From positions 26,954 to 90,953 of the forward strand of contig JAHLWZ010000832.1 in NCBI GenBank assembly GCA_020536535.1: a DNA stretch of 64,000 bases, in the 5' to 3' direction. Position 1 is the first letter of the stretch. Each line of letters starts with the position of its first letter. Positions 34,971 to 47,578 of this stretch are shown piece by piece. The DNA is from Pelomyxa schiedti (Eukaryota > Protista > Evosea). A program made the translations under genes and the position numbers. Under the pieces are notes generated by a model that worked only from the letters and a program-made list of their open reading frames with translations, was not told the DNA's origin and ran no database searches.

Positions 34971-35293
34971 GCCGTGCGTGCAAAGGGTTTTTTTTTCCTT
35001 TTGTGAGGCAGCAGATCTACACCGGAAACAAATGACATGCAGGGGAACTAAGATGCCAAATGGAGGGAACACAAGGAAGAGAGCTCAAATGTGCTTCCCC
35101 GGGAGGGGTCCTGAGGATCACTTCCTCAAAGACGTCAGGAAATGGAATTCGCGGCTGTCAATTGCAAATTAATTTGTTACGGGTCTGGAATACGCATAGA
35201 TCTCGCTTCATTTTTTTTGTTTAAAATCGTTCGTTCGGTGCCGTACACGTAACACCCTCCGCGTCGTCACTCCCTTGTTGTCGTATAAAAAAA

Positions 35294-35905
35294 ATGAGAC
35301 ACCTTGCCGCATACTTGCTCCTCGCACTCGGCGGAAACACAAATATCACCTCGGCTGACATTCAGCGAGTCCTCACCGCCGCCGGCGCATCTGCCGACGA
35401 GGCTAAAATCGAACTCCTCCTTCAAGAACTCGCCGGTACACATCATTTCTTACTCTCTTAACAACGCGTTGGGTTTTTTTTTACTTGTGTGTGTTTTTTT
35501 TTCCCCCTCGCTCCCCCCTTCTACGGTGTTTGGAGCTCAAAATGACTCGCAGGAAAGGACATTAACACACTCATCACTGAGGGCAGAGCTAAGATGGGAA
35601 CCATGGTTTGTGCTGCTTCATCTGCACCCGCACACATCGAGGAGGCCGCACCAGTCGAAGGTATACTTAAATATTTCTATTACAAAACTCCAAAGAATGT
35701 GTAGAACTATAAAATAATGTTCGCGTGTCATAAAATGTACAAGTTTCCGCCTATCTCACCTCTTTCTATAGCAGAGGCACCAGCCAAGGGCAAGGGTAAA
35801 GGAAAAGGAAAGGACAAGGAACCAGAGCCCGAGAAGCCAGTAGAGGACGAAAAACCCGCCGAGGAAGAGGGAGTTGATCTTGGTGGATTTGGTCTCTTTG
35901 ACTAA
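35294..35905 (+). CDS. RPLP2: 60S acidic ribosomal protein P2
   Basis: MRHLAAYLLLALGGN...ELAG|KDINTLITEG...EEEGVDLGGFGLFD. Two introns. Confidence 0.96.
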
Positions 35906-36085
35906 AAAACAACCTTCTCGCGCCCCTGAATCCTTCTTCTTCTTTTTAACACGGATGTGGGCTGGATTAATAGTTCACCCACATCTCCTCGTGTTAAAAA
36001 TGTGCCAACAACCACTTCATTAATTCACTGCTGGAGTCTCTATTTCTATTTTTTTTTTCCGTTCATTTCGCTCTGTGGCCACCCA

Positions 36086-37748
36086 TTAGGGTGTTTCTTC
36101 GCTCTTTGTAGTAGTCGGAGTGCCAGGAGGAACAGTGGTGCTGTTAGAAGTTGAATGTGGTGTGGGGGTCACAGCTTCAGAGGGAAGAACATCAGTCAGG
36201 TACATGTCAACCTCGTGGTCTATTCCAACCACTGGCTTCTGGTGAACCCTGAGAGTCAAGGGTCCTTCTTTGAGTAGAGCCTCGTCATGGCCCCAGTCAA
36301 AGAGTGCCGCACCGGTAGTGTCCCTGTACGGATTCAACTCAATCACACAGAGTTCCGGTTCTGGTTCGAACCTTGTTGACCATGTCAGTTGAAGGAATGA
36401 TTTGTTGGGTAGTAGAGAAATGCAAAAGGATATGTACGTACTTCAGGAATCCAAGGTCAACTATATAATTGGGAAGGTCCTTTGTTACAGGCTCCACTTG
36501 GGCGGTCCTTTGGATGGGTTAATTTCGTCCTAAAAGGGACGATGGGTGGGGAGGACCAATAGGCAATCAGGGCTTCGAGGATTCTGTCGTGATGCGCAAC
36601 CAGGAGCGGAATGTACACGTAGTGATTGTACTGTGATATGGCGGTGAGCTTTCCGTTGTAAACAAATGCTCTAGAGAAGAAAAGGTGAATAAATTCTTCG
36701 CATGAAAGTGAAACAGGTTTGGAACCTGAACTCCATATCGGCAATTAACTTGGGTTCCCATTTTCGGACAACTACATACTAAGGAAATAAGACCCAGTAC
36801 GCACATTTTAGTTGAGGGGACAAGGTACCTGGTCCCACAATTCCTCAGTTTCTATAGCTTCCATTAAATCCATGAAAACTCGTTCACTGTTAAGAATCAT
36901 TTCCATTGCTTCTTTTCCACTAGTGCAGCGCAAAGCCTTCCTAGGAATTACTACTCCTTATTTAAGGATGTAAAGTACTTCCCAGCGTGCTTTTCCAATA
37001 GCAAGCATTTTTGCATTAGCTACAAAAAGGGGGTTGCTTCTCTGTTCTTCTGACAATTCCGCTTCCTGAATTGGTGTCAATGAGAAGACACATTAGCTCT
37101 GAATATATATATATACTCGCTCGGCAATGTAGCGTCTGAGGTTCTCTGCATTCACCCGGCCTGCATCCTTGGGACTTCTGGCACTGAGACGCACAAAGGC
37201 TCCATGTGGGAGTCCCTTTATGGCATTGTTCATGTTCTGTTCCATCTCTTCTAAAAGCTGGAGTTGTTGACTTGCATCCAAGGTAAATACAGGGGTAAAA
37301 AGATATGCAATAGGGCAAAGACCAAGCAAGCCTTACTTCGAAGGAGCAGGTTCAGAATAGAACCTATGACGATAAGTCTGTACTATAGCCCTGCCCACAT
37401 CAATTCTCAAAGGAATCAGCTCGGTAGGAAAAGTCAAACCAGACACACGAGGATACCAGCTCTAATAATGGTTTGTGGCATGATCAGTAGAAAATGAAAC
37501 TTTTTGAAATGCATTCAATAATTAAATGTCAACCCCCATCACTGTTTGAATTATCATTCACAACCTGCACATCGAAAGGTATGTGGCCTGTCCTCTTCTT
37601 CACCTTCCTGAGTGAAATACAAGTACCGTTAACCACTCCATCAAACAAGAAAAGGAACCCACCAGTCATGATAGGCCTTGTCGGAATCTGCCTTTTCTTT
37701 CGCCTCTGAGTGGTTCACTGTCGACGCACCAGAAAACGACAGCCCCAT
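36086..37748 (-). CDS. Cdc123/R2K-family ATP-grasp protein
   Basis: SWYPRVSGLTFPTELIPL, AFVRLSARSPKDA, NSERVFMDL, MEFR|AFVYNGKLTAISQY, IELNPY..TGAALFDW. N-terminus MGLSFS. Confidence 0.85.
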
Positions 37749-37908
37749 TGTCTCTCGAACACCTTCCCCCTTGGGTAATTGCTTTTCTAAACTACTATTC
37801 GAAAATTGCAGAAAAACAACAAAAAAAAAGATTTGGAAAAAAAGACATTCAAAGAGGTGTTGGTGCAGTAGTTAAGCTAGTGTGTCTAGACAATAGGACA
37901 GGCAGCAT

Positions 37909-38749
37909 TTACTTCTCGTCCAACCATGGATTTGCCTTCCTGACTTCCTCCTCCTCCTCGGGGGTTGGGGTCAGAATGTCTAGAGTGAAAAAGTAAGACT
38001 ACAAGGATTGAAAGACGGATAAAGGGGGACACACTGAAAGTCTTGCGGATCTCTGCTGGGGTCTTGCCTTTCATCATGAGGGCGACAGTCTTGCAAGTCA
38101 AATCCAAGAGCGGCTTGATGTCCAAGTAGTTGGCAGCCTGATACAAGGTAGGTACGAGGCGAAGTTTTTCTCTCCGGCCAAGCGGCCATTTATTTGGGAG
38201 CGGAAGGGCATACCAAGATGAGTTGGAACAGAGTTTCTTGATCGACCTTGGTATACTCAAGATCCCAAGGAGCAATGTCGTCAAGTCTGCGCTCCTTCTC
38301 GTCTCTCTTGTCATCGGGTGAAGGGTTCTTGTGGTGGTAACTGCAAGATTGAATTAATACAAAGGAAATTACAAAGATCTACACTTACTCGCAGTACTGA
38401 ATGACCTTGTTGAGGATTTTCACGGTAACGTTTGGAAGTGGAATAGGGGCATTGGTCTCGCCCAGATCTAAGCGCAGTTAACATCGGAAGACAGAATTGA
38501 AAGGGGGGAGGAAAAAGTACCGTCGAGCATGTTCTTGATTGTTACGGACATCTTCGCGATTTCAACAGGAACTTCGATTACTTGCGACTCGCTGCTCTCA
38601 AGCTTGACCATCTTAGTATCAGCGGGAGTTGCGCTAGCGGAAGTTGTGGCCGTGGATGTAGTAGCGGGGTCGGTTGTTGCGGCTGCTGTAGCGGGCGTAG
38701 TAGCGGGCTCGGTCGTGGCCGGAGTCTCCGTTGGTGTTGTAGTGGCCAT
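37909..38749 (-). CDS. SKP1: SKP1 (SCF complex subunit)
   Basis: VKLESSE...[73 protein letters not shown]. Confidence 0.96.
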
Positions 38750-39140
38750 AGTTGCTTCACAACCAACACAAGATCCTTTTTGTTTGTTTTGTTGTTTTTT
38801 TTTTTTTTACTTTTTTGACAAGAAAATGCCTAAGAAGGGTGTCAAAAACAGACCTTCGAGTAATCAAAAATAATTGCCTGCCCCTTGTTTTTTTTTGACA
38901 TCCTACTTAGTTTGTTCTACACTAATTCCCGGCCAGAAATTTTCCAGCAGATCGGCGCCAACCGCTCCACACGTCATACTGGCTTCCTGAGCCATCTTCA
39001 GCTCCCGTTCTGTGCCACCCGTACCCCATCCCTTCTTGCATTCCACCAGAGTCTTTCCCTCCTGGATCTCTATAACAACCTTTTCCATCAAATCTGTTAC
39101 AGAAAATTGCCCATATTTTTTCGTCTGAGGAACCACGAAC

Positions 39141-42100
39141 ATGCAGCTCCCGGACGAAGTCACCACCGCGCAAGAAACGGGACCTCAGCACGCACTGCAG
39201 CAACCCGACGACTCAGCACCGCAGCCAACACTCCCACAAGTAGAATCCCGCGAGCCAACTGGCACCGCATCACCGGCACCAGTTGTCGCAGACCCAAACA
39301 CTTCGTTGGTCGCAGTTACTCACCCAATGACCGTCGACTCGCCCGCCCAGGATCAGGACGATATCCAACAACGCCACGACGACGATGACGACGCCACTGC
39401 GGGGCAACAAACCATGCAGCAGGACGAACCTCAGGCCCAGCATCGAGAGGGTGACGATGTGACACCGGTGTCCCACGAAGCTGAAACTGAGCACCAGGAA
39501 CAGCTTCCACAAGACCCTGGGCCGCCTCAGCCTGAAATTGTGACTGAGACTGAGGCCCAGCAGCCACAGCCACAATCTCCCCAAACAATCCCACAAGTGC
39601 CACAGCAGGCACCGGCCACCGGCAAGCTCTCCACAGAGCCACCGCTGGAACGACAAGAACAGGAGCAACTCCGAGAAACGCCTGTGCGGCCGGAGCAGCA
39701 GGAGGAACCCATAATTGCCAAGCAGCAGACAATTGAGCAGAACCAGGAGCCCAAAGGACAACAACGGGCGGTGCAGACACCGAGCCGGAGGGACGCTCTT
39801 GTGACGATGAAAAAGTCAATTGAGGAGCTTTATGCCAAAGTGGCAACGAGAGAACAAATGTTGGCTGCATCAGACAAGGTGTTACACTTGTTAAGTGGGT
39901 TCCTTGGCACCTGACCATTTGTGGTGTGTGTGTGTTTTTAAAGGTGAATGGGGAGCTGAAAAAGGAACTGGAAAGGAAACAGGTGGCACTTAAAAATGCT
40001 TCAAGTAGCCATGGCATTCTTAAATTGTAATTTAATTGGCTGTCAGCTTCCAACCATAGGCTAAAGGACCAAGTCCACGACCTAGTTGCTGCTAATGCTC
40101 AGTTGACTGCCAAATTATCTGAACTGGAAGCTGCAAACCAGCACCTTCAAGTACTTATCCACTGCTGCCGTTCGAAATTTACATTTTGACTAGCAAGAGA
40201 AACTTACCCTGGAGGAAAGTGAACGGCTGACAACAAGGAAACAGCTCCAGCAGCAGCAATTACTCACTGAGCGGACTGGCGATCTAAATAAGCTCAGAGA
40301 AGACTCTGTACTCCCCTCCCAAAGAAACTTCTGTACATTCTGAGTATTTCAACAACAGAATGTCAAGTTGTCTGCCTTAGAAACTGAGAATCTCGCACAT
40401 ATCACTCATATTTCTCAAGTGGAAAGTGAATTTGAGAACACAAAAGTATTGAACAGCAATTGTATACCAGGTTGCTAACTCATTGTTAGGATAAACTTGT
40501 TGCGTGTGAGAAAGAAAATCAAGCACTGGCTACAAGAATAGATATTCTGACTTCAGATTTGGACACGAACAATCGAGCCGCGAAACGGTCCCAAGAGGCG
40601 TTCACCAGCCTGGAGGAGCAACTACATAAACTTGAGAACGAAATTTCGAAAATGGATTCGCAATCTGAAATCTATCAGACTGCTTATGAGAAATCTAAAA
40701 GGGACCACCTTGAAGCTGTGTCTGTCTCAAATGCTATGATAGAGGATATTCTTGGTGAGAATCGTACACTGAAAGACCAAATTGAACACATAACATTAAG
40801 TGTTGGGGATCGTATAAAGGAAGCTGTTGCCCAGGTGATTTTTTTCTACTAGTTTATCCACCCAACTCAATTTTCAGATATCTAAAAGTTCTTCTGATAG
40901 CAACATTGTGGAAATAATGGGAGGCATAGTGCGTCAAGCTCGCCACACTACTTTTTTACATGTTCACACTGTAAAAACTAGATATCACAAAGTGAAAGAT
41001 ATTCGGCAGAGCTTCAAGTTGAAAGGCAGAAGAGGCTGGATCTTGAGACCCACTACCACTATGTCTGTCAGGTTGCACCCAAATTTTTCCCCTTTGAGTA
41101 AAAAGTCAACTCACCTTCAGCACAGCAACTCAGTGAAGTGGAACCACAGATTCAACAAAAATTTCAGGAGTTCACAGAACTACAAGTATCTTTCTTCGTT
41201 TGAATAATAGCAAGGCATAATGTATTCAGGCGAGGATGACATTGCTAACAGCATCAGAAGAGAAGTCTCATGCTGATAGTCATGTGTTAGCCCTTGAAAA
41301 GGATATTCTTCAACAAGAATTATCCCAACAAAAATCAGGTTAGAAAGTCCTAGATTCCTTGGAGCTAAGTCTTAAACCCATACAGAGAACCTCCATTTAA
41401 AAACCTTCATTTCCTCACTTACGGACTCAAAAGAAAGCAATACACTCCCGCAACTAATTGAAGTGCTTCCATCTTCTTTATACCAATTTCATAACTTTCC
41501 TTCTTAAAATAGCAACTCTCGATTTTGAAAACAGAACTTGAGCTGGCGGTTACCTCTCCTGTGCCTAAGATCAATCAGGTAGAACCCCTGTATCTCAGTA
41601 CTGTGCTTTAACTTCCGTAGGGGCTTTTGGAGCAAATAAACTACTACCGTGAGTTGCAACAGAGAACGGAACAAGCTTCTGTTACAGCGGACAGAGAGCT
41701 GCAAGAATATAAAAAACTGTATGCTATCACCTCTGAGCAGTTGCGCAAGTGTGGAAAGGTAAGACTGTCATTGTTAATTTTTAGTTTTTATTGGATTCAA
41801 GGTTCCCCCTCATCCGACTGCCGAACCTGACTGGTCTGCTCTATATCACAGACTTCAGTTGGATTTCGAGCAATACAAGAAAAAGACCTCTGAAACTGAG
41901 GCCCTAGCCGCATCTGAGCATGCTAATATTGTTGCTAACACGGAAAATATGCAGAAGACTTTAGAAAGTGCTCTGTTGGAGTTGACAGTAACGAGAGGTC
42001 TTTTCTCCTAGCAATGAACATTGGGCTCAAGTTCTTTAACAGAGAAATACAAGTCAGTAGTACTGCAATGCGAACAACTACAAGAGAAAGTTGTCAACTG

Positions 42101-45100
42101 CAATAACAACATTCTTTCTCTTGAAACAACTATTTGTCATTTGACTCACCTGTATCTACACTCTATTTCTCTATTTCAAGTGACCAAATCTAGTAATCGA
42201 AAGCAAATGACAGATCTACAAATTGCTAGAAACGAGCTTCAAAGTTCACATGTTCTCATTGAAGAAATTACGGAATCCAATTCCTTGACGAAGGTAATCA
42301 AAGTGAAGGCCTGTAAAGAATGATTCCTCTTTAGAGATATATCTTGGAACATGCCAAGGCTGAACTAGACTTAATGTCTCAAGTTCGGATGTTCTCTCAA
42401 AAGTACAATGGACTTTGGGCAATTCACCAAGCTTTCAAGCGGGGATGGGCTTCAGAAAAAGAGGCTCTTCAGGCACAGTGTACCCTCGCAGAACTTAACA
42501 GGTAAGTGGCTTGATAAAAAGCAAGTGGGAACGTTGAACTGTACTAGGAAAATCCTCCCACGAGAAGTGGCTGACCTTATTTCCAAAACTGAAGAAGCTC
42601 TCTTTGCACAGATTGCTAAGCCTGATTCGCCAGGTTACAATGTCTGCTTGTATTTGTATCTCACTTTATTTCCTAAGTGGAACTTCAAGATTGCATTCAA
42701 CGAATAAAGCAACTTGAAGCAGAAAACACAGTGGTTAGTGGTCTGTTGGTATTAGTATTGGTTCATTGTTTCTCAGATTCGTGAGCAAGTATCCCAAGTC
42801 ACGTCTACCTACCCATCTATTATCAATAATCTGAACACCAAAATAACATCCCTCGAACAAGAACTTGAGGTAATTAGGACGTTTAGATTCTTTTAACTAA
42901 GAGAAAAACCAGTTGAGCAAGCAAGCCTTACCTGATGTCCGACCTCTCACCCTGTGTTGTCGTGTTTGTTGCTTTTTTGCCCTAACTTTTTCCAGGCCCG
43001 GTTGACCGTGTTTCATGGGAAGAGTACTTGAAGAAGCCACTTGTACCTCATTTGACGCCTCCTGTTAAAGTGGTGATCCAACAATTTAAGGTAGAGTCCA
43101 TTTACTTGTTTCCATTAAGTGGCACCTCAGTGCAACTGTTTAAGAGATGAATCGTTGAAGCCTGTGTGTAGGCATATGGAATCGGATTTAGCAAAGAAAC
43201 TCTCAGAAACAGTCAAAGAGTGCATCCCATACTTTAGGAGCTTCATTTACTGAAACAACTCAGATACCAAAAGTTACAGGCGGAGAATGATCAGATCAAG
43301 CAGCAACTGTATCTGAACTCCACAGCTACTACAATTGACACAAGGCTCCAGGTCTGCGACACGGAGCTTTTTTTTTTTTATCTCTTATCAAAGAAAAGGA
43401 GTTCTTCCATTCACACACCGATTTCTCTTCTGAAAGGCATCTCATGGTTGTCTCTTTCTCCCTGGACAACAAATTTACTTTCATAGGCGGATTTAGTGAA
43501 ACTTTACAAAAGTTTATATGATAGTCAGCTCTGTGCTCTTTTTTCTGAAGCATGCAAGTACCATGACTCAACTTAAAAATAGTTTCACTGAGTGGATTAG
43601 GCTAAGGAAAAAATATCTTCATGAGGCTATGGCAGTAGCAATGAGAACTCTAACATGCTCTCCACTTCCTGTGTGTGACTGCTCAAAAAATCTCTCAACT
43701 TTTGAAACGATGAAAAATAAGATGAAGGAATTGAGGTTGATCACTCCTTTTTTTCCGAAAATGATCACCAACCCTGCAGTGAAGAAACATGCTCTTTGAA
43801 GTCTGAAAAAGAAGAGTACAGGGAACAAGCAGAACGTGCTCAGCAGCATATACGCCTCCTAGATGGTAATATTTAAAAGAGGCCTTTTCTGACGCACATG
43901 AAGATACAATAGCCCGACTCCAATCTGAATTGAGTGGCGTGAGAGGGGAAAGAGATGTTTTTGCATCCAATTCAAAGCAACTAGACCAAATAGGGGAAAT
44001 TGTACTTTTGAAACCTCCTTTCACATAGCTAAGTCATTCATAGCTTGTACATGGGGAGAATGGACCATATAAACAGCTACAAGGAATGGTTACTGCTCTC
44101 AAAGACGAACTTTTGCTATCCGTCCAAGAAACAGCCGATAAACAAAAAAGAGTTGATGAAATAGAGCACACATTGCAGCAAACAATAGAGGTTGTTAACA
44201 AGAAACATAAAAACAATCTCAAGCTACCTTAGGAAAATAGTACTCTCAAAGACAGTTATGAAATGATCATAGGTATCTTGATGAGTACGCAGCACTGCAT
44301 TTACTTTTCCCCAGAGTCTTTGAAGCGTGAAAGAGATTCTCTTGCAGCTGAAAAGCCGCGTCGGGTCTCCATTGTGAAGGTTTGTGTTATTTTTCTTTCA
44401 CAGATTCTTACTGTTAAACAGGTACCACATGACGCAAGCAAAGACCTGTGTGCTTCTCTCCTTTCTTTTTTTTTCCCTTCACTGTGTTTTTACTTCATTT
44501 AGCCCACCAGCAGCTCCGATCCAGCCTTCTGGCCTAGAGGGTAGTGTATCGTCTAGGTTTTTAAATTCTAACTCTCAATAGCAACAACACTTGGCGACTT
44601 ATCTCCCCCTGCCCAAATTACTGCATCAGTTCCTTCCAGTGATCACCCACAACATACTAAATTGCTAAATTTAAATACTAATAATTCATCTCCATCCGTT
44701 CTTATTCCATTAAAAATAGAGCGAGGAACAACACCACCTGATACCTCACAACCGGTGAGAAGTGGAAATTCGTACCTAATCAATTACTAATCTTCGTCTA
44801 AAAAACAGGCAGCAAACAAGCGATTAAGAACAAGCACCTCACCACACCAAGGTGAGGTAGTTCCATTTCTCATAAGCTTCATTGACTTGGATGTTTAGAA
44901 TCCCCCCAGTTGCCTGGCCCACCCCAAGTAGAAGGCAGTACCACCACAGAACACCCCACACAACCAAACCCAGAACAATCCAAGCCAGAGGCACAATCAG
45001 AGGTACCGGTATCAGTACCAGTACCAGTACCAGCACCAGCACCGGTACCACAACATGTAGAACATTCAAGCACTGGGGACAGTGAGCAGACACCTTCCCA

Positions 45101-45502
45101 CGACTCCGAACTTCAGCCGGTGGAAATAGAACAGCAACAACCCCAACAATCCCACCCCCAACAACAACAACCACCTCGTCCACATCCTCAGCCACAACAG
45201 CGGCAGCAAATACCTGGAAAAATACGCCGGCCGGGAGCTCCTCCCTCAACTCAACAGCCTCAGACTTCTACCCAAGCACAAACTGGAACTGCCCCAAGAA
45301 CCGTGTGTTTTTTCCGCTCCTCAAAACTCAGTTATTGATTCTCGTTAAAACAGGCAATCTTGACTCGCCGTGGCGGCGCTCGTGGCCGTGGTTCTGGTGT
45401 GTTTTTTTTTTCCCTTGATCCCCTTTTCCTTCTCTTACACCTATCTCGAAACTATTCTGTGGGAATATTGCAGTCAGACAATTGCCAACTGGACAACCTT
45501 GA
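39141..45502 (+). CDS. Large coiled-coil protein with Q/P/E-rich termini (many exons)
   Basis: A long chain of short GT-AG-bounded exons encoding heptad-rich E/K/Q/L sequence. Ends RRGGARGRGS|VRQLPTGQP-TGA. Could be more than one gene. Confidence 0.65.
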
Positions 45503-45647
45503 ATAAAATTCCAAAAAAAAAAAAAAAAAAGAAGGACAGGCCCATTTCGCACTCAAAACTTTTTTTGTTTTGTTTCTTTTGGTCCATTTATCAAGTACAT
45601 GATTCTAGGCAAACAACAAAAACAAATAAACCTGGGTCTGTGCCACG

Positions 45648-47164
45648 TCAAATTATAGTCTGCGGTGGATATTTTTGCCTTCCACAACAACAGCATAGCA
45701 TAATTACACTGACAATAACCACAACTGCCGCACCAATAGAAGATAGTATGATAAGCTTCTCCCAGAGTTCCAAAGCTGGGCAGTATTCCTCTTGTATCTT
45801 AATTGGTATGCATGTCCTCCTCACAAGCATTTCATAGTTGCACAGAGTGCACTTATTACTGAATAATTAGATGGATAATACAAAGGGAGAGAAATACAAT
45901 TTGTCTTGAGCTTCTTCGCACTGTGAATTTTGGCAGGATCCTTGTGCTTCAGAAAAGTACACTGCTGGGCAATTTGAAGCTAAGCACGTATACATTTCCT
46001 TTTCCTCAGCTTGGCATATCCAGTGAGGGTCAATGTCACAGTAGCTGTAGCCTGTGTAATCAGAGCACCGACAGTATGAGTCCGCAGAGCAGTCTGACGA
46101 GGCGGAGCATTTCTGAGGAAATTTATAAAGTGTTTTCTTTTGAAGAGCAAAAGCAGGCTCACGTGAAGGGAATTAGGTTTATCTTTGGTGCAGGTACTGT
46201 TAATGCACTGCAATGGAGGATCACAAATGTACTCCCCCTTTTTATGTTAGAACAGAGAAGTGATTGGAACGTGTGCGCGAAATGGGAAGGTTTGTATGGT
46301 GTAAGGGGGGTGGAGCTAAACAGAGCACGATTCATTTTCTTGCTTCGAGTATAACTCTGTGCACAGTCCCAAATCGCAAATGAGATTTGGCCCACAAGGT
46401 GCAGTGCTTTGAGAACAAGCATCCCCCTCTATCAAAGTGCTGACACATGTACCAGTCACAGCTCCATAACTGTCAGGTACACACAAATCCCCTTGACTGC
46501 AAGAAACTCCAGGTGATCGCCATGGTAGCAAAGAATCAATATCTGGGGAGGGGACACAAGTCGACCCGACAGGCAATGAAGTGCACGTGGCATTAACACA
46601 CTCTGAAGGAGGATAGCAAGGTAATGTGACAGAATCACAAGAGTCCCCAGCATTAGCATAAAGCCTACACACGCCCCCAACACAGCCAGCAACCCTCGAC
46701 CCAAGACTAGTCGGATAGCACACTCCAGTGCTGTTGCAAGGCAATCCCTTCAGTAGTCAATAAATTCAAAGGAACAACAAGAAGAAGAAGCAAAAATAAT
46801 AATAACAATAACAATAAAAAACCTATTTTTAAACATCTAAACATTACCCAAAATAAGATAACCCCTCCCTTTTGATAAAAAAAAAAAAAAAAAAACAAGG
46901 GCACACGTTGGAGTTCAGTTTGCACTTCCCGGATATGCAAAAGTGGCCATCGAGGCAACACGAGGTGGCATTTATGGGACACGTTCCGCCCTCGTATCTG
47001 CACTTCGCGTTGTCTTCCACGCACGCCACGCTGACCTCGCACCCCTCCAGCAAACATTCGCAGCTGCGAAACGTCGCCATCGCGATTACGAGAACGGCGG
47101 CAAACGACGGAATCGCGAAACGCCGCCGCGCGTGCGTCGCTCTCCCATAACAGTCGCTCGGCAT
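45648..47164 (-). CDS. Cysteine-rich type I membrane protein
   Basis: Signal-like segment FAAVLVIAMA, repeated GxxC...C...C modules, TM IILSSIGAAVVVIVSVIML followed by CCCC and a short tail. Confidence 0.7.
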
Positions 47165-47578
47165 CACACTCCCCGTGACTACGTAGACCCGCGGTTCGTC
47201 GACCAATCAAGGAATTTCGCTGGTAACCGAAGATTCCGAAAACTCAAAGAGCTGGCTCTGTCTTCAAATCCGCGGAAAAGGTTTCCACATACCAAACCAG
47301 CCGAATGAAGAGTGTTAGATGCGTGCCCAAGTGCATGAGTCCTGCACGAGTTTAGCAGCAGATTTCGTCATGGGCGCGAAACTATTCATAGGCCCTGGAG
47401 CGCAGTTGGATATGGGGACCCCACATTAATTCGCACAGGGGAAATCTGTTAGGCCTTTCTAAAAACATAAAAAATTAAAAAAAAACAAAAGGGGGCGAGG
47501 GGATCTGCTAGCCTTCGTTACTTAGTATAAACGCAAAAACAACAACCTTTTATAAATCTACTAAGTGAACCTCCATCA

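Noticed and set aside
37391-37456. Apparent U12-type intron (GTATCCTC donor, TTCCTTTGA branch-like motif)
   Set aside because: The stretch is coding. It translates as the conserved Cdc123-family motif SWYPRVSGLTFPTELIPL.
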